DNA from: a bacterium
GTDB lineage: Bacteria > Patescibacteriota > Patescibacteriia > Patescibacteriales > UBA12465
Assembly (NCBI GenBank): GCA_021806615.1
Contig: JAJZRB010000001.1
Coordinates: 79,024-143,023, forward strand
Direction: 5' to 3'
Length of the DNA stretch: 64,000 nt
Shown: one piece after another, positions 50,175 to 60,585 of the stretch
Numbering within the stretch: the stretch's first letter is position 1
Layout of the letters: every line of letters begins with the position of its first letter
Made by a program: the position numbers and the translations under genes
The notes under the pieces: model-generated
Seen by the model: only the letters and a program-made list of their open reading frames with translations
The model's database searches: none
Told to the model about the DNA's origin: nothing

Positions 50175-50409
50175 ATATGAATACGAGGCTTAATTTGCTA
50201 TAAACAACAAAAAAAGCGATTTGAACCCGATTATTATCGAGCCCAGCGGCCACCTCATCTCGCCTTAGAAGGCAAACTATAAAATCCGCTGGTTTTCTTA
50301 AAGGTGATATTTGATTGAGATAACGCTCCTAGTATAGATTAGAAATGACAATTTGTCAATTCTTCTGAATCCGGCATCTTTCCCTTGTCCGGGCTGGTTA
50401 GAAGCCCCG

Positions 50410-50442
50410 CCTAAATGACCGATATCAGGCTGATGTGGTATA
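50410..50442 (+). promoter_or_regulatory. Extended -10 promoter for the SIMPL-domain gene
   Basis: TGGTATAAT at 50434-50442. It lies inside the ORF-track N-terminus, supporting the later start at 50472. Confidence 0.35.
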
Positions 50443-50471
50443 ATGATATAAAAGAAAATAAAAAAAATCAT

Positions 50472-51293
50472 ATGAACCAAAATCTAAAAAATCTCCTCGG
50501 GGTTATTAGCGCTCTCGCCATTTTAACCCTCAGTTACGCGGCTCTCAGCTACGTAAATTCATACGGTAAAGCTATCCAGCCTTCATCGTTCCGCAGCTTT
50601 TCCGTGAGCGGCGAAGGTCGAGCGAACGCCGTGCCGGACATTGCCGAATTTAATTTCCAGGTCATCACGGAGGGCGGAACAGATATCGCCAATCTGCAGA
50701 CTAAAAACACGGAAACAATGAATAAGGCGATAGATTTTGTCAAAACCCAAGGCATCTCTGACCAAGATATTAAGACTCAATCTTATAACGTATCGCCCCG
50801 CTATCAGACCGCGGATTGCCGCGTTCTCCCGACGCCGCTCCTGATGAGCGTTCCTGACACCGGCGTGAGCGCCCCGGTTTCTCTAAATAAAAATTGTCCG
50901 CCGCCGTCTATCGTCGGCTACACTATTTCCCAGACCGTGGGCGTTAAAATACGCGATTTTCAAAAAATTGGCGGACTCATGAGCGGTATCGTAAAGAATG
51001 GAGCCAATGAAGTCGGCGCGCTTTCTTTTGCCGTTGACGACCCGACTAAAGCCCAAGATAAAGCCCGCGATGAAGCGATAGCGAAAGCCCAGGCGAAAGC
51101 TGAGGCTATCGCCAAAGCCGGCGGCTTCAAAATAGGGCGCCTCTTAGGCATCCAGGAAGGATCTCAATATCCGATGTACAATGCCGCGGTAATGACAGGA
51201 TTTTCCGCTAAAAGCGAATCCGCCGCGCCGAATATCCAGCCCGGTTCGCAAGAAATAAACGTGAGCGTGAGCTTACAATACGAGATTGAATAA
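50472..51293 (+). CDS. SIMPL/DUF541 domain secreted protein (BP26/OMP28-like)
   Basis: Signal peptide, then the NAVPDIAEFNFQV...GGxxIGxLxxIxE pattern of the SIMPL family. Confidence 0.7.
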   Translation: MNQNLKNLLGVISALAILTLSYAALSYVNSYGKAIQPSSFRSFSVSGEGRANAVPDIAEFNFQVITEGGTDIANLQTKNTETMNKAIDFVKTQGISDQDIKTQSYNVSPRYQTADCRVLPTPLLMSVPDTGVSAPVSLNKNCPPPSIVGYTISQTVGVKIRDFQKIGGLMSGIVKNGANEVGALSFAVDDPTKAQDKARDEAIAKAQAKAEAIAKAGGFKIGRLLGIQEGSQYPMYNAAVMTGFSAKSESAAPNIQPGSQEINVSVSLQYEIE

Positions 51294-51304
51294 AAAAAGC
51301 TAAT

Positions 51305-53098
51305 ATGATCAATATCCTTTGGGGATCCTTATTGCTACTCGCTCCCTTCTTATTAATTTTCTGCTTTACCGACCGCCTCAAAGGATTCTGGTATATTTTA
51401 ACGGCCAATCTGGCCTGGCACTTATTCTTGTCTCTGACGACCCAGTTTTTACATATCTTCTCATATCCGATAATTACCGGCCTTCATACTCTGACCGCTC
51501 TGGCCGTTATTCTCGTTTTAATTAAAAAAACCAAGGGCATTTCTTTCAAATTGCATCTTAATTGGCTGGCGATATTAGCTTTCAGCATCATCATTTTCGA
51601 ACTATGGTCCGTCCACTATTTTTACTCTGGTTCTGTCAGTAATAATGTCAATCGTTACCAGACTGTTTCTCGCGCCAGCTATCCCTATCCTTATTTTTCG
51701 GATGAATGGGTCGGAGTCTCTATAGTAAAATATTGTATAGCCAATAATGCCCTACCGATCATTAACCCTCTTATAAACAGGGGCGGCAACCAGGATTTCC
51801 CTAATATCTTTATCGCTTTTTTTTCTGTCTTATCCGAGATATTCTTATTAGTCAATCTAAATCCTCTGACCGGATATGCCATTTTTTCTTTGGCAAGCGG
51901 AGCCTTAATCTGCCTGTTAGTCTATACTCTTCTAAGGATTAATGGGCTTAGACCAGGAACGGCCATTCTGGGCGCTTTATTTCTTCCTTATATAGTTAAT
52001 AGCCAGAATCTGACCGGCATCTGGTACTTGATCCCTATAATCGGCGGCCTGATTCCCTGGCTATTGAGTCTGGGTGCCTTTAAGTTCCGCGACTTCCGTC
52101 TCGCCTGGATAAATAGCTTTTTGGCTCTATTACTATATCCTCCCTTGATTTTCTTCGTCCTGCCGACTTGCGCCGGCGGCCTGTTGTTAGATAAGAAAAT
52201 AGACCGTAAAATGAAAACAAAATTGATTTTCTGGGGGATATCCATCTTCGCCGGCGCCGCCGCGCTTATAATCTTTTTACAAGGATCTAACCTCGCTATT
52301 TTTACCAAATTAGTGAAATCTTATTTTATCTACCCATCGCTAGATAACGGTATTCCTTTTCTTCCTATCTGGTTAGTCGTTCCTTGGATAATCCTGCCTT
52401 TCTCCGTTCTGGGCATGATCATGGCCTGGAGAAAAAAAATGTTTTATTTGGTAGCGCCTCTTTCTGCCGGCCTATTGCTCTGGCTCATTTATAGCCGCTC
52501 CCTTCATCTATTTATTATCGGCTATGACCGGACTGTACTCACATCCTCTATCCTTTTGACGGTCGTAGCCGCTTTAGGCTGGGATTACGTAACCGAGAAG
52601 CTGATAAGGAGATTTCCTATTTTAGTACGGGCTTTTCTCAACCGAGAAATCTTAATATTCACGATAGCTATCTTCGGGTTATTATCCTGGTCTTATACCC
52701 AGCAGGCTACTTGGGAAAAATTTACTCTGAAATTAGATGCGCCGGACGGTGTGCGACGGATAAAGCCGCTCGCTCCGGCCACAGATTTCTTAACTGCTGC
52801 GGATTTAAGATTATTCCAGCCGCTATCTGGAAAACGCTTCCTGTCCGATCCTTGGAAAGGCCTGGTCATAGGAGCGGCGACCGGAAATTACCCCTTAGAT
52901 TCCAAGCACTCTATCATCAGCAACCAGTTCTTAAGCTTCAGCCTATTCATGGCTCAAGACTGCGATCATAAGAAAATCCTAGCAGAAAAATATCAGCTAG
53001 AATATCTTTATGCTCCGGCTTTACAATGCCTTGGGTTTGACGACTTGGGCATGAGCGACGCCGGACTGCACTTATATAGATTCAATAAACCGATATGA
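51305..53098 (+). CDS. Polytopic membrane protein, candidate GT-C-fold glycosyltransferase
   Basis: 597 aa, ~12 predicted TM helices. First extracytoplasmic loop carries YFSDEWVG (acidic DE motif). Overlaps the start of a polyprenyl-P-sugar synthase-like GT2 gene by 4 nt. Confidence 0.45.
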   Translation: MINILWGSLLLLAPFLLIFCFTDRLKGFWYILTANLAWHLFLSLTTQFLHIFSYPIITGLHTLTALAVILVLIKKTKGISFKLHLNWLAILAFSIIIFELWSVHYFYSGSVSNNVNRYQTVSRASYPYPYFSDEWVGVSIVKYCIANNALPIINPLINRGGNQDFPNIFIAFFSVLSEIFLLVNLNPLTGYAIFSLASGALICLLVYTLLRINGLRPGTAILGALFLPYIVNSQNLTGIWYLIPIIGGLIPWLLSLGAFKFRDFRLAWINSFLALLLYPPLIFFVLPTCAGGLLLDKKIDRKMKTKLIFWGISIFAGAAALIIFLQGSNLAIFTKLVKSYFIYPSLDNGIPFLPIWLVVPWIILPFSVLGMIMAWRKKMFYLVAPLSAGLLLWLIYSRSLHLFIIGYDRTVLTSSILLTVVAALGWDYVTEKLIRRFPILVRAFLNREILIFTIAIFGLLSWSYTQQATWEKFTLKLDAPDGVRRIKPLAPATDFLTAADLRLFQPLSGKRFLSDPWKGLVIGAATGNYPLDSKHSIISNQFLSFSLFMAQDCDHKKILAEKYQLEYLYAPALQCLGFDDLGMSDAGLHLYRFNKPI

Positions 53099-54246
53099 AT
53101 CCAAACCCGGAAATAAGCCTCATCCTGCCCTGCCTGGATGAGGAGGGGGCGATCTTATCTTGCCTCGAGGAGATAAAAGGAACCATAAGAGATAATTCTC
53201 TTGTCGCTGAAGTCATCGTCGTTGATAATAACTCCCGCGATAATAGCGCCCAGATCGTCAAGGACTGCCAATTGACTTGGCCGGAATTGCGCCTGATCTC
53301 CGAAAAGAAGGAAGGCTATGGATTTGCCTATCTCCAGGGCCTGAGGAACGCCAAAGGGAAATATATCTTCATGGCGGATCTTGACGGTACCTATGACTTC
53401 AAGGAATTCCCTCAATTTATCAATAAGCTGCGTCAAGGAGCCGATCTGGTAATCGGCAATCGCTTTACCGGGAAAATTTCTGATAAATCCATGCCCTGGC
53501 CGCACCGCTATATCGGCAATCCGTTCCTGTCAAAACTGGTACGCCTGTTCTTCAAAGTTAAGATCGGCGATATCCACTGCGGAGCGCGCGCCATTTCCCG
53601 GGCGGCCCTGGAAAAAATAAATCTCTATACGGGTGGCATGGAATTCGCTTCAGAAATGATTATCAAGGCGGCGCAAAAAAATCTGATAATCTCCGAAATA
53701 CCGATTGAATACCGGCGGCGCATCGGCCAATCGAAGCTGCATTCTCTGACCGACGGCTGGCGGCACCTGCGTTTTATCCTGCTCTATTCGCCGCTAGTCT
53801 TATTTTTCCTGCCGGGGGCAGTCTTATTCTCTCTTGGCGCCGCCTTCATGCTTATCTTTTATTTTTTCAATCCCGTAATCTGGGGGGTCCAGCTTTATGT
53901 CCACCCGATGTTTCTCTTCTCCGTCATGATCATCCTCGGCTATCAATTGATCCTATTCAGCGGTTTCTCTAAAATCTACGCCATAACCCATCTAGGCGAT
54001 ACTAACCGTCTGATCGAATCTTTATTCCGCCATATTACGATCGAGAAAACCGGACTAGCCGGACTCCTGTTGGCTATCGGCGGCGGAATCATTTATTTAT
54101 CTATTTTTATCGGCTGGCTAAGGTCGGACCTCGGATCCTTGCAGGAAATAAAATCTTCCATGATCGGCTTGACTCTCCTGGTCGTCGGCATCCAGACTTT
54201 TTTCGCCGCCTTCATGTTCAGCATCTTAGGCATAAAAAATAAATGA
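53095..54246 (+). CDS. GT2 glycosyltransferase with a C-terminal transmembrane domain (polyprenyl-phosphate sugar synthase, DPM1/GtrB/ArnC-like)
   Basis: ISLILPCLDEEGAI...VIVVDNNSRDNS GT-A fold with a DxD-like motif, plus ~4 C-terminal TM helices. Confidence 0.65.
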   Translation: MNPNPEISLILPCLDEEGAILSCLEEIKGTIRDNSLVAEVIVVDNNSRDNSAQIVKDCQLTWPELRLISEKKEGYGFAYLQGLRNAKGKYIFMADLDGTYDFKEFPQFINKLRQGADLVIGNRFTGKISDKSMPWPHRYIGNPFLSKLVRLFFKVKIGDIHCGARAISRAALEKINLYTGGMEFASEMIIKAAQKNLIISEIPIEYRRRIGQSKLHSLTDGWRHLRFILLYSPLVLFFLPGAVLFSLGAAFMLIFYFFNPVIWGVQLYVHPMFLFSVMIILGYQLILFSGFSKIYAITHLGDTNRLIESLFRHITIEKTGLAGLLLAIGGGIIYLSIFIGWLRSDLGSLQEIKSSMIGLTLLVVGIQTFFAAFMFSILGIKNK

Positions 54247-55343
54247 AAATAGCGATTTTCCATAATTATCTAGATAATATAGGCGGGGCGGAAATCGTCG
54301 CCCTGACTTTAGCGCGGGAACTCAATGCCGATATTTATACGACTAATATCGATCCGGAAAAAATAAGAGCTATGGGATTCTCTACTATCATAAACCGGAT
54401 ATACTCCCTGGGCCGGATTCCTAAAAAAGCTCCTTTCCGCCAACAGTTGGCTTTCTGGAAATTCCGCCGCTTAAATTTAACCCAAAAATATGACTTCTTT
54501 ATAATCGCCGGAGACTGGGCGATGTCGGGAGCCGTCAATAACCGTCCTAATCTCTGGTATGTCCATAGCCCGCTTAACGAGTTATGGGAATTCAGAGATT
54601 TCATCAGGACCAATATCTTAAGCGCCTGGAAGGTGTCGCCCTATGACCTGTGGGTCTGGTTTAATAGGAGACTGACTCTTAAATATGCCCGTTCAGTGGA
54701 TAATTGGGCCTGCAACTCTCAAAACACTAGAAACCGGATAAGAAGATTCTATGATCAAGAGGCGACGGTCGTACCCCCTCCGATTGATGTCGCGCGCTAT
54801 ACCTGCCACCCGGCGAAAAACTACTGGCTATCGGTCAACCGATTGATAACCCATAAACGGATAGAGTTGCAGACTGAAGCCTTCCAGGGCTTGCCCGAGG
54901 AAAGGTTGGTCATCGTCGGCAGTTATGAAGAGGGCGTAGACCAATTTGAATCTTATAAGCGCTACATAGAACGGATAAAACCAAATAACGTGGAGATTAT
55001 CCACTGGCTCGACGAACAAGGGCTGAAAAAGCTATATGCTGAATGCAAAGGTTTCATAACTACCGCCAAAGACGAAGATTTCGGCATGACCGCAGTAGAG
55101 GCTATGGCCGCTGGCAAGCCGGTAATCGCTCCAGCGGAAGGCGGATATTTAGAAAGCGTAACGCCGGAGACCGGAGAATTGATCGTTGATATCGATGCTG
55201 CCAAACTCCGGGCGGCCATAAAAAATATCGGGGAAACCCTGGCGGCCTGCCCTGACCATTACACGGCGTCTAGCCGAGAGCGGGCGGCCGGATTCTCTAC
55301 CGAAAGATTCATCCACAAAATACTAAGCTTGATTAATAAATAA
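54243..55343 (+). CDS. Glycosyltransferase family 4 (GT-B)
   Basis: EDFGMTAVEAMAAGKPVIA EX7E-type motif. Confidence 0.75.
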   Translation: MKIAIFHNYLDNIGGAEIVALTLARELNADIYTTNIDPEKIRAMGFSTIINRIYSLGRIPKKAPFRQQLAFWKFRRLNLTQKYDFFIIAGDWAMSGAVNNRPNLWYVHSPLNELWEFRDFIRTNILSAWKVSPYDLWVWFNRRLTLKYARSVDNWACNSQNTRNRIRRFYDQEATVVPPPIDVARYTCHPAKNYWLSVNRLITHKRIELQTEAFQGLPEERLVIVGSYEEGVDQFESYKRYIERIKPNNVEIIHWLDEQGLKKLYAECKGFITTAKDEDFGMTAVEAMAAGKPVIAPAEGGYLESVTPETGELIVDIDAAKLRAAIKNIGETLAACPDHYTASSRERAAGFSTERFIHKILSLINK

Positions 55344-55420
55344 AAATCAATAATATTAAAGAAAGAAAACCAATTACGGGCCGGAGGGCTGGCAATTGGC
55401 ACGCTATTGCGGCTAGTCAT

Positions 55421-56464
55421 ATGAAACCTAATCATCAGCATCTTTTAGTGACTCTAGCGAGTCGCGACTATCTAGAAAACGCCAAGCAGCTATTCTCTTC
55501 CGTCTATCATAATGCCGGCTGGCACGGTGATTACCTGCTCCTGGCTCATAACATACCAGAGTCGGATTTAGATTGGTTCCGAGACAAGGGTATCTTGATA
55601 CACCATTGCCCGCCTTTAGACATAAAAGTTATCCATGAGGGCTACCCGGTGACTATCTTGGCTAAATTTTTCTTATTCACCGCCTACTTCCGCCGGTGGC
55701 AAAAAATAATTTTTTTAGACACGGATATCATCGTCACTGCATCGCTGGATAGCTTGCTGAAAGTAACCGGCCTGGCGGCTGTCCGCGACGTAATAGACGG
55801 CATATTGCTGCAGCAGATCAACCCCGAAGCTGATCCGCGGCTATTCCTTGATCTACAACGGAGCTATAATCTGCAAGAACCGGCTTTTAACTCCGGCGTT
55901 TTGGTTTTTGACACGCGGATAATCACCGACGACTTATTCCCTCGCCTGATAAAGCTCCATAAAAAATACGGGGAATTAAATTATTTTTGGGAGCAAGGGA
56001 CACTTAACTTAGCTTTCTACAATAACTGGGAGGAATTGCCGATCATATACAATTTTTTTCCCGACGCTTGCCGGCATTATGGGATCAGACCGGAAAGGAT
56101 GAAAACCATTGTCCTCCATTTTCTCGGGCATAATAAACCCTGGAATGCTGACAATCGATTCTATCGGATCTGGCAAGATAACCTCAGGCTGGCTGAAGAG
56201 ATAGACTTATCCGATCGCCGGCCAGCGGCCAAGGCCTGGTCGGATCAGAGAATAATTATTTATATGTTCTTAATAGAACTGAAAAGAAGGATCCAATTGG
56301 ATATCTGGCGACAGTGGGCTATCGATCGGCTAGGCTGGATTGCCAGCCGCCCCGAGTGGTGCATCGGGCAAATCGGAAAATTAGTCAAAAAGATCTCCCC
56401 CAATATTTATTACAAACTAATCCGCTTAAAATCATGCCGGCAGATAAAAACAAAATATCAATAG
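55421..56464 (+). CDS. Glycosyltransferase family 8 (LgtC/glycogenin-like)
   Basis: IIFLDTDIIV DxD motif, LVTLASRDYL N-terminus, and an HFLGHNKPW C-terminal motif. Confidence 0.65.
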   Translation: MKPNHQHLLVTLASRDYLENAKQLFSSVYHNAGWHGDYLLLAHNIPESDLDWFRDKGILIHHCPPLDIKVIHEGYPVTILAKFFLFTAYFRRWQKIIFLDTDIIVTASLDSLLKVTGLAAVRDVIDGILLQQINPEADPRLFLDLQRSYNLQEPAFNSGVLVFDTRIITDDLFPRLIKLHKKYGELNYFWEQGTLNLAFYNNWEELPIIYNFFPDACRHYGIRPERMKTIVLHFLGHNKPWNADNRFYRIWQDNLRLAEEIDLSDRRPAAKAWSDQRIIIYMFLIELKRRIQLDIWRQWAIDRLGWIASRPEWCIGQIGKLVKKISPNIYYKLIRLKSCRQIKTKYQ

Positions 56465-57360
56465 TGGTTCCTGTCCATAACGGCGGCCTCGGCTTTGCCG
56501 ATTGCCTGGCTTCGCTGGTACGACAAACCCGGCCGGCCGACGAACTGATTATCGTCGATAACTCTTCCACTGACCAGACTAAGGAGATAATAATGTCCTT
56601 CGCCGGCCGCTACCCAAATATCCGATACTTATTTGAGGGGCGTCTGGGGCGCGGCCAAGCTAGAAATACGGGCTTGTACAGCGCCCGAGGCGACATCATA
56701 GCGATGACCGATGCCGATTGTGTCGTACCGGAAGACTGGATAGAACGCTTAACTGATCCTATTGAAAATTGCCGGGAAACGATAGTTATGGGCTTCGAAA
56801 CCGATGGCGTTAACAATTATTGGTCGCGGCATCGTCAGGCCGCTGAATTTAAATTCTTACATAGCAAAGCTAAAGACGGGTATATTGATTTTCTAGACAC
56901 TAAGAATTTCGCCATCCGGTCGGATGTCTTAAAAGATCTGGGATTTAATCCTGATTTGATCGCCTGCGAAGACTTGGACCTATTTTTACGCCTGAAACAA
57001 AAAAAAATCGCTATACGATTTTTATCTGAAATAATGGTCCAGCATCAGCACGTCTCTTCTTGGCGAAAGCTGGCCACAACCCAATTTACATATGGCCGGT
57101 ATTCAGAAGACATCATAAGGAATTACCGAAGCGATCATACGCTTGATGCTTATATGCCGATAGTAAATGACCCGCATCACGGTCCTGGCCGGAGATTCTT
57201 ATCCTGGCTTATGTGGTCGGTTTCTGAAGTCGTGAACCAACCGACAGCGGCTCCTTATACCCTGACCGAAAATTTAGCCTGGAGGATCGGAGCTCTATAT
57301 AGCAAAATTAAACACTTCGTATCAAACATTAAACGGCGGTCGGACGCTCGGGGCCGTTGA
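56434..57360 (+). CDS. Glycosyltransferase family 2
   Basis: ISIVVPVHNG...LIIVDNSSTDQT and DADCVVPEDW. Start moved to ATG 56434 (MPADKNK) to avoid a 150-nt overlap with the GT8 gene. Confidence 0.75.
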   Translation: MPADKNKISIVVPVHNGGLGFADCLASLVRQTRPADELIIVDNSSTDQTKEIIMSFAGRYPNIRYLFEGRLGRGQARNTGLYSARGDIIAMTDADCVVPEDWIERLTDPIENCRETIVMGFETDGVNNYWSRHRQAAEFKFLHSKAKDGYIDFLDTKNFAIRSDVLKDLGFNPDLIACEDLDLFLRLKQKKIAIRFLSEIMVQHQHVSSWRKLATTQFTYGRYSEDIIRNYRSDHTLDAYMPIVNDPHHGPGRRFLSWLMWSVSEVVNQPTAAPYTLTENLAWRIGALYSKIKHFVSNIKRRSDARGR

Positions 57361-58114
57361 TTAGATCCTGATACCTTTTTACGACGGCCGCTGTCTGCCC
57401 TTCGGTCAGAATACGGCCCTTATCCAATAAAATAGCGCGATCGCAGTATTTCTCAATCAGATCTAGATTATGGCTGACCAAGATGACTGTGGCGCCGCCT
57501 TGTATGAACTTCTCCATCTGAGCGAGAGCTTTATTCTGGAAAGCTAAATCGCCTCCGGCGCCGAAAACCTCATCCAGCAGGACGATATCCGGCGTCTTCT
57601 GCTCCAAGCAATGGAAGGTGATGGAAAAGCTCAAGCGGCTTAACATGCCGGAAGAAAACTGGTATATCTTCGTGTCTATGAAATTTTCTAACTCAGCGAA
57701 TTTAACAATATCAGAAAAACGATGCCCGATCTCTTTCCGGCTCAATCCCATCAGTAGACCGGCTAAATAGATATTTTCCCGCATGGTCATTTTCCATCGC
57801 AACCCGAATCCAAAACCATTCAGATAAGCCAATTCACCGTAAGTTTCTATGGTGCCTGAGTCAACCTGATAAATCCCGGCGATAAGCCGCAACAAAGTGC
57901 TTTTTCCTGAACCGTTACAACCGATAAGGCCGATATTTTCACCAGCAGTGGCCGTGAAAGAAATATCTTCCAACACTGATAGCGCTTTACGGGACTCCTT
58001 CCCGGAAATAGCCGACACAATGCTAGATAGAGCCCCATCTTTGTGCTTGAATCCGATATTAAACTGCTTGGCGATTTGATTGACGGAAATTCTGACGGAC
58101 GGCGAGGCATCCAT
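57329..58114 (-). CDS. ABC transporter ATP-binding protein (Wzt/TagH/KpsT-like polysaccharide exporter)
   Basis: GLIGCNGSGKSTLL Walker A, LSGGM-like signature (FSSGMLSRL), ILLDE Walker B; 261 aa with no C-terminal carbohydrate-binding domain. Confidence 0.8.
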   Translation of the reverse strand: MDASPSVRISVNQIAKQFNIGFKHKDGALSSIVSAISGKESRKALSVLEDISFTATAGENIGLIGCNGSGKSTLLRLIAGIYQVDSGTIETYGELAYLNGFGFGLRWKMTMRENIYLAGLLMGLSRKEIGHRFSDIVKFAELENFIDTKIYQFSSGMLSRLSFSITFHCLEQKTPDIVLLDEVFGAGGDLAFQNKALAQMEKFIQGGATVILVSHNLDLIEKYCDRAILLDKGRILTEGQTAAVVKRYQDLINGPERPTAV

Positions 58115-58126
58115 ATTTTTATAGTT

Positions 58127-58903
58127 TTAAACTAATTCAGCGAATTTTTTTTTGTACTTATTGAAAACTGCCAGACCGATAACGAAAAAACTCAAGCTCA
58201 AGATAAGCATCGTGAGGGCCATCCAGGCCGGCGGCCATTCTGAATAAATGATCAGGCGGCGCGATATTTCCAAAAAATAAAATAAAGGATTGAAGAGGTT
58301 CGCCGTATAGACGGCGCTACCGGGCGTAGCGACATAAAAAATCGGGGTGATGAAAAGAAGGAGCTGGGCGAAGATGCTCCAGATATTATCTATATCCGTA
58401 ATATAGACGCCGACCGCCGCGAAAATAAAGGCGATGCCGATTACCAATAAGAGGAATGCGGCGAAAATAAAAGGATAGAACAATAGGCCCAGCAGGGAGA
58501 TCCGCCAATATACCATAAAACCGATCATCAGGATGAATTCAAAAAAATGCGATAAAGCCGATTGGAAAACTACAGATAAAACCAGCACCTCCGGCGCGAT
58601 ATTATTCATGGACTTTATATAATCGCCGCTAGCGGCGATAGACTGGATAGAGCTAGATATAACCTGACGGAAAAAATTCAATCCAATAATACCGATCATT
58701 AGATAGGCCGGATAATGGGGCGTCGGGCTACCAGCGAAGGCACTCTTCTGGATAAATAAAATTATATAGAACAAAGCCAGGGGATTGAGCAGATACCAAA
58801 AAATACCTAGATAGCTTCCCTCTATCCGCAATATAAAATTAGCCTTGGCTAAAGACAGGCTCACCCGCAATATCTTTAATATTTTCATCCACTTGGCTCT
58901 CAT
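58127..58903 (-). CDS. ABC-2 type transporter permease (Wzm/TagG/KpsM-like)
   Basis: 258 aa, six TM helices; immediately upstream of, and co-oriented with, the ABC ATPase. Confidence 0.7.
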   Translation of the reverse strand: MRAKWMKILKILRVSLSLAKANFILRIEGSYLGIFWYLLNPLALFYIILFIQKSAFAGSPTPHYPAYLMIGIIGLNFFRQVISSSIQSIAASGDYIKSMNNIAPEVLVLSVVFQSALSHFFEFILMIGFMVYWRISLLGLLFYPFIFAAFLLLVIGIAFIFAAVGVYITDIDNIWSIFAQLLLFITPIFYVATPGSAVYTANLFNPLFYFLEISRRLIIYSEWPPAWMALTMLILSLSFFVIGLAVFNKYKKKFAELV

Positions 58904-58989
58904 AAGTTTAGGGCTGATTGCCTTTGTTCTAGGAGGACAAACATGTTTAAACTATAGCAGAAAAAAAACGTATTTTCAAGATAAAAAAA

Positions 58990-59022
58990 TAAAAAATCCC
59001 GGTTTTACCATTCCGGGATTTT
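58990..59022 (-). terminator. Intrinsic terminator after the HD-domain gene
   Basis: ATCCCGG-10 nt-CCGGGAT followed on the minus strand by a long U tract. Confidence 0.55.
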
Positions 59023-59046
59023 ATCTTACATTAAATAAGAACCTTA

Positions 59047-59748
59047 TTATACTTCTCTCTCGTCCGGCGTATTATGGACGACATAGCCGAGCCAGCTGAG
59101 ATCGAATTTATACTGCAGCAAAACGCTGGTCCCGATGTGTTTCATATGTTCCAGACATTCGCCATAGATCAGCTTGATGCTAGGAAAACGTTCGCTGTAA
59201 GCGACCAGATCCTTATGATGATTGTTCAAAACCTGGACGAATACGCCGTTACCTTCATCTATTTCTCTGAGAGCGAAAATCACATAGCCGATTTTCTCAA
59301 TAGCATTGAATAACGCTCCCTCGACGGTGCCGGTGTTCTCCTGGACGGCGAAGGACCGAGAGAACATATTGGCGACAGCTTGTGAGTACGGTCCGAAATC
59401 CAGGGCAGCGAACATCGATTCGAACTGTTCTTTCTCGATCAGCTCGATCATTGCCTTTACTCTAGGATCGTTTTTGATGCTATAGGAAATATCCCCGATA
59501 ATTCCCTCGCCCAGGTCGTGATTGACTGCGGTAGACAATAACAGATAGGCGTCAAACTGGGCGCCCGCTGTTTGCTCAATAGCGATGACGATTTGGGCCA
59601 ATAGGGCCGTTTCCAGCGTATGCCCCAATACCGTCTGCTTATAATTATGAGGATAGCGTTTCCAGCGCCGGATATCTTCTACCCTTCTGACCAAATCAGT
59701 TAGAAAATTCTGCAGGGAGTTATTCTCCCGGATTTCATTTTTATCCAT
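59047..59748 (-). CDS. HD-domain phosphohydrolase (YfbR-like 5'-deoxynucleotidase?)
   Basis: TVLGHTLETALLA ... NHDLGEGIIGDIS HD-motif arrangement; 233 aa. Confidence 0.5.
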   Translation of the reverse strand: MDKNEIRENNSLQNFLTDLVRRVEDIRRWKRYPHNYKQTVLGHTLETALLAQIVIAIEQTAGAQFDAYLLLSTAVNHDLGEGIIGDISYSIKNDPRVKAMIELIEKEQFESMFAALDFGPYSQAVANMFSRSFAVQENTGTVEGALFNAIEKIGYVIFALREIDEGNGVFVQVLNNHHKDLVAYSERFPSIKLIYGECLEHMKHIGTSVLLQYKFDLSWLGYVVHNTPDEREV

Positions 59749-59784
59749 GATAGTTTCCTCGTTTTTTTAAGTGATTGATTGCTT

Positions 59785-60585
59785 TTAATCGACCGGATTA
59801 GCTTCTTGTATCTTGCGGACCAGTAGCAGCCACTCTTCACTGGAAAAAATGCTTTTGACCTGTTGGAAATATTCTAAATCAACCCGGTCAAAAAACTTGT
59901 CGCCAGCGTCTCCTAAGCCGGGCTGGATATAGCCGAGCTCATTCAAGTGGCTATCCAGGGCAGCTGAAATGACCTTTATCCCGGGATATAAGTTGGCCAG
60001 GTTAAAGATGCCTTCCGGGGCGGCGACTACGCTCGCGAGGATAATCTTTTCTGGCGGAAAGAATTCCAGTAATTGTTCTATAACGGTTACGAACGATCCT
60101 CCCGTGGCTAACATAGGGTCGGAAATTATGACCCGATCAATGTGACCATTAAACTTAGAGGTGACTAGCGGCAAATATATTTCTCCAGTCTGGTGCGGCT
60201 CTTCTTCGTTACGCTTCAGACCGATATGCAGGTGCTGGCCGATGCCAAGCTGAAAGAAACTATGCGAGAAAGCCAAGCCGGCGCGCCAAGGATAGCAAGC
60301 AGCTATGTTCTTTCTATGGCAGCCGCGCATAGCCTCCATCGCCACCGATAAACATGACAAACGGAGCGCGATTCTCCAGGCGAGCGGCATGACTCGCAGA
60401 TTACGGATAGCCCTGTCTGGCATGGGGAGAGTCTTATCTAAGTAATCACTACGTAAAACATCTGTAATATTACCTAAAATTTTCAATAATCCCGAAACCG
60501 TTCTTTCGCGGCAAAAAATAGAAAGTTCTTCCCGTCTTTCCGGAGAGACTGGTAGATCCTTCTTGGTGATTGACATTGAGTTCAT
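59785..60585 (-). CDS. upp: Uracil phosphoribosyltransferase homologue with N- and C-terminal extensions
   Basis: VIISDPMLATGGS PRPP-binding loop, VVAAPEG, GYIQPGLGDAGDKFF; 266 aa versus ~208 typical; GGAGG SD. Confidence 0.7.
   Translation of the reverse strand: MNSMSITKKDLPVSPERREELSIFCRERTVSGLLKILGNITDVLRSDYLDKTLPMPDRAIRNLRVMPLAWRIALRLSCLSVAMEAMRGCHRKNIAACYPWRAGLAFSHSFFQLGIGQHLHIGLKRNEEEPHQTGEIYLPLVTSKFNGHIDRVIISDPMLATGGSFVTVIEQLLEFFPPEKIILASVVAAPEGIFNLANLYPGIKVISAALDSHLNELGYIQPGLGDAGDKFFDRVDLEYFQQVKSIFSSEEWLLLVRKIQEANPVD

Noticed and set aside
57847-58110. 87-aa ORF overlapping the ABC ATPase in another frame
   Set aside because: Fully contained in a well-supported ABC ATPase gene on the same strand; shadow ORF.
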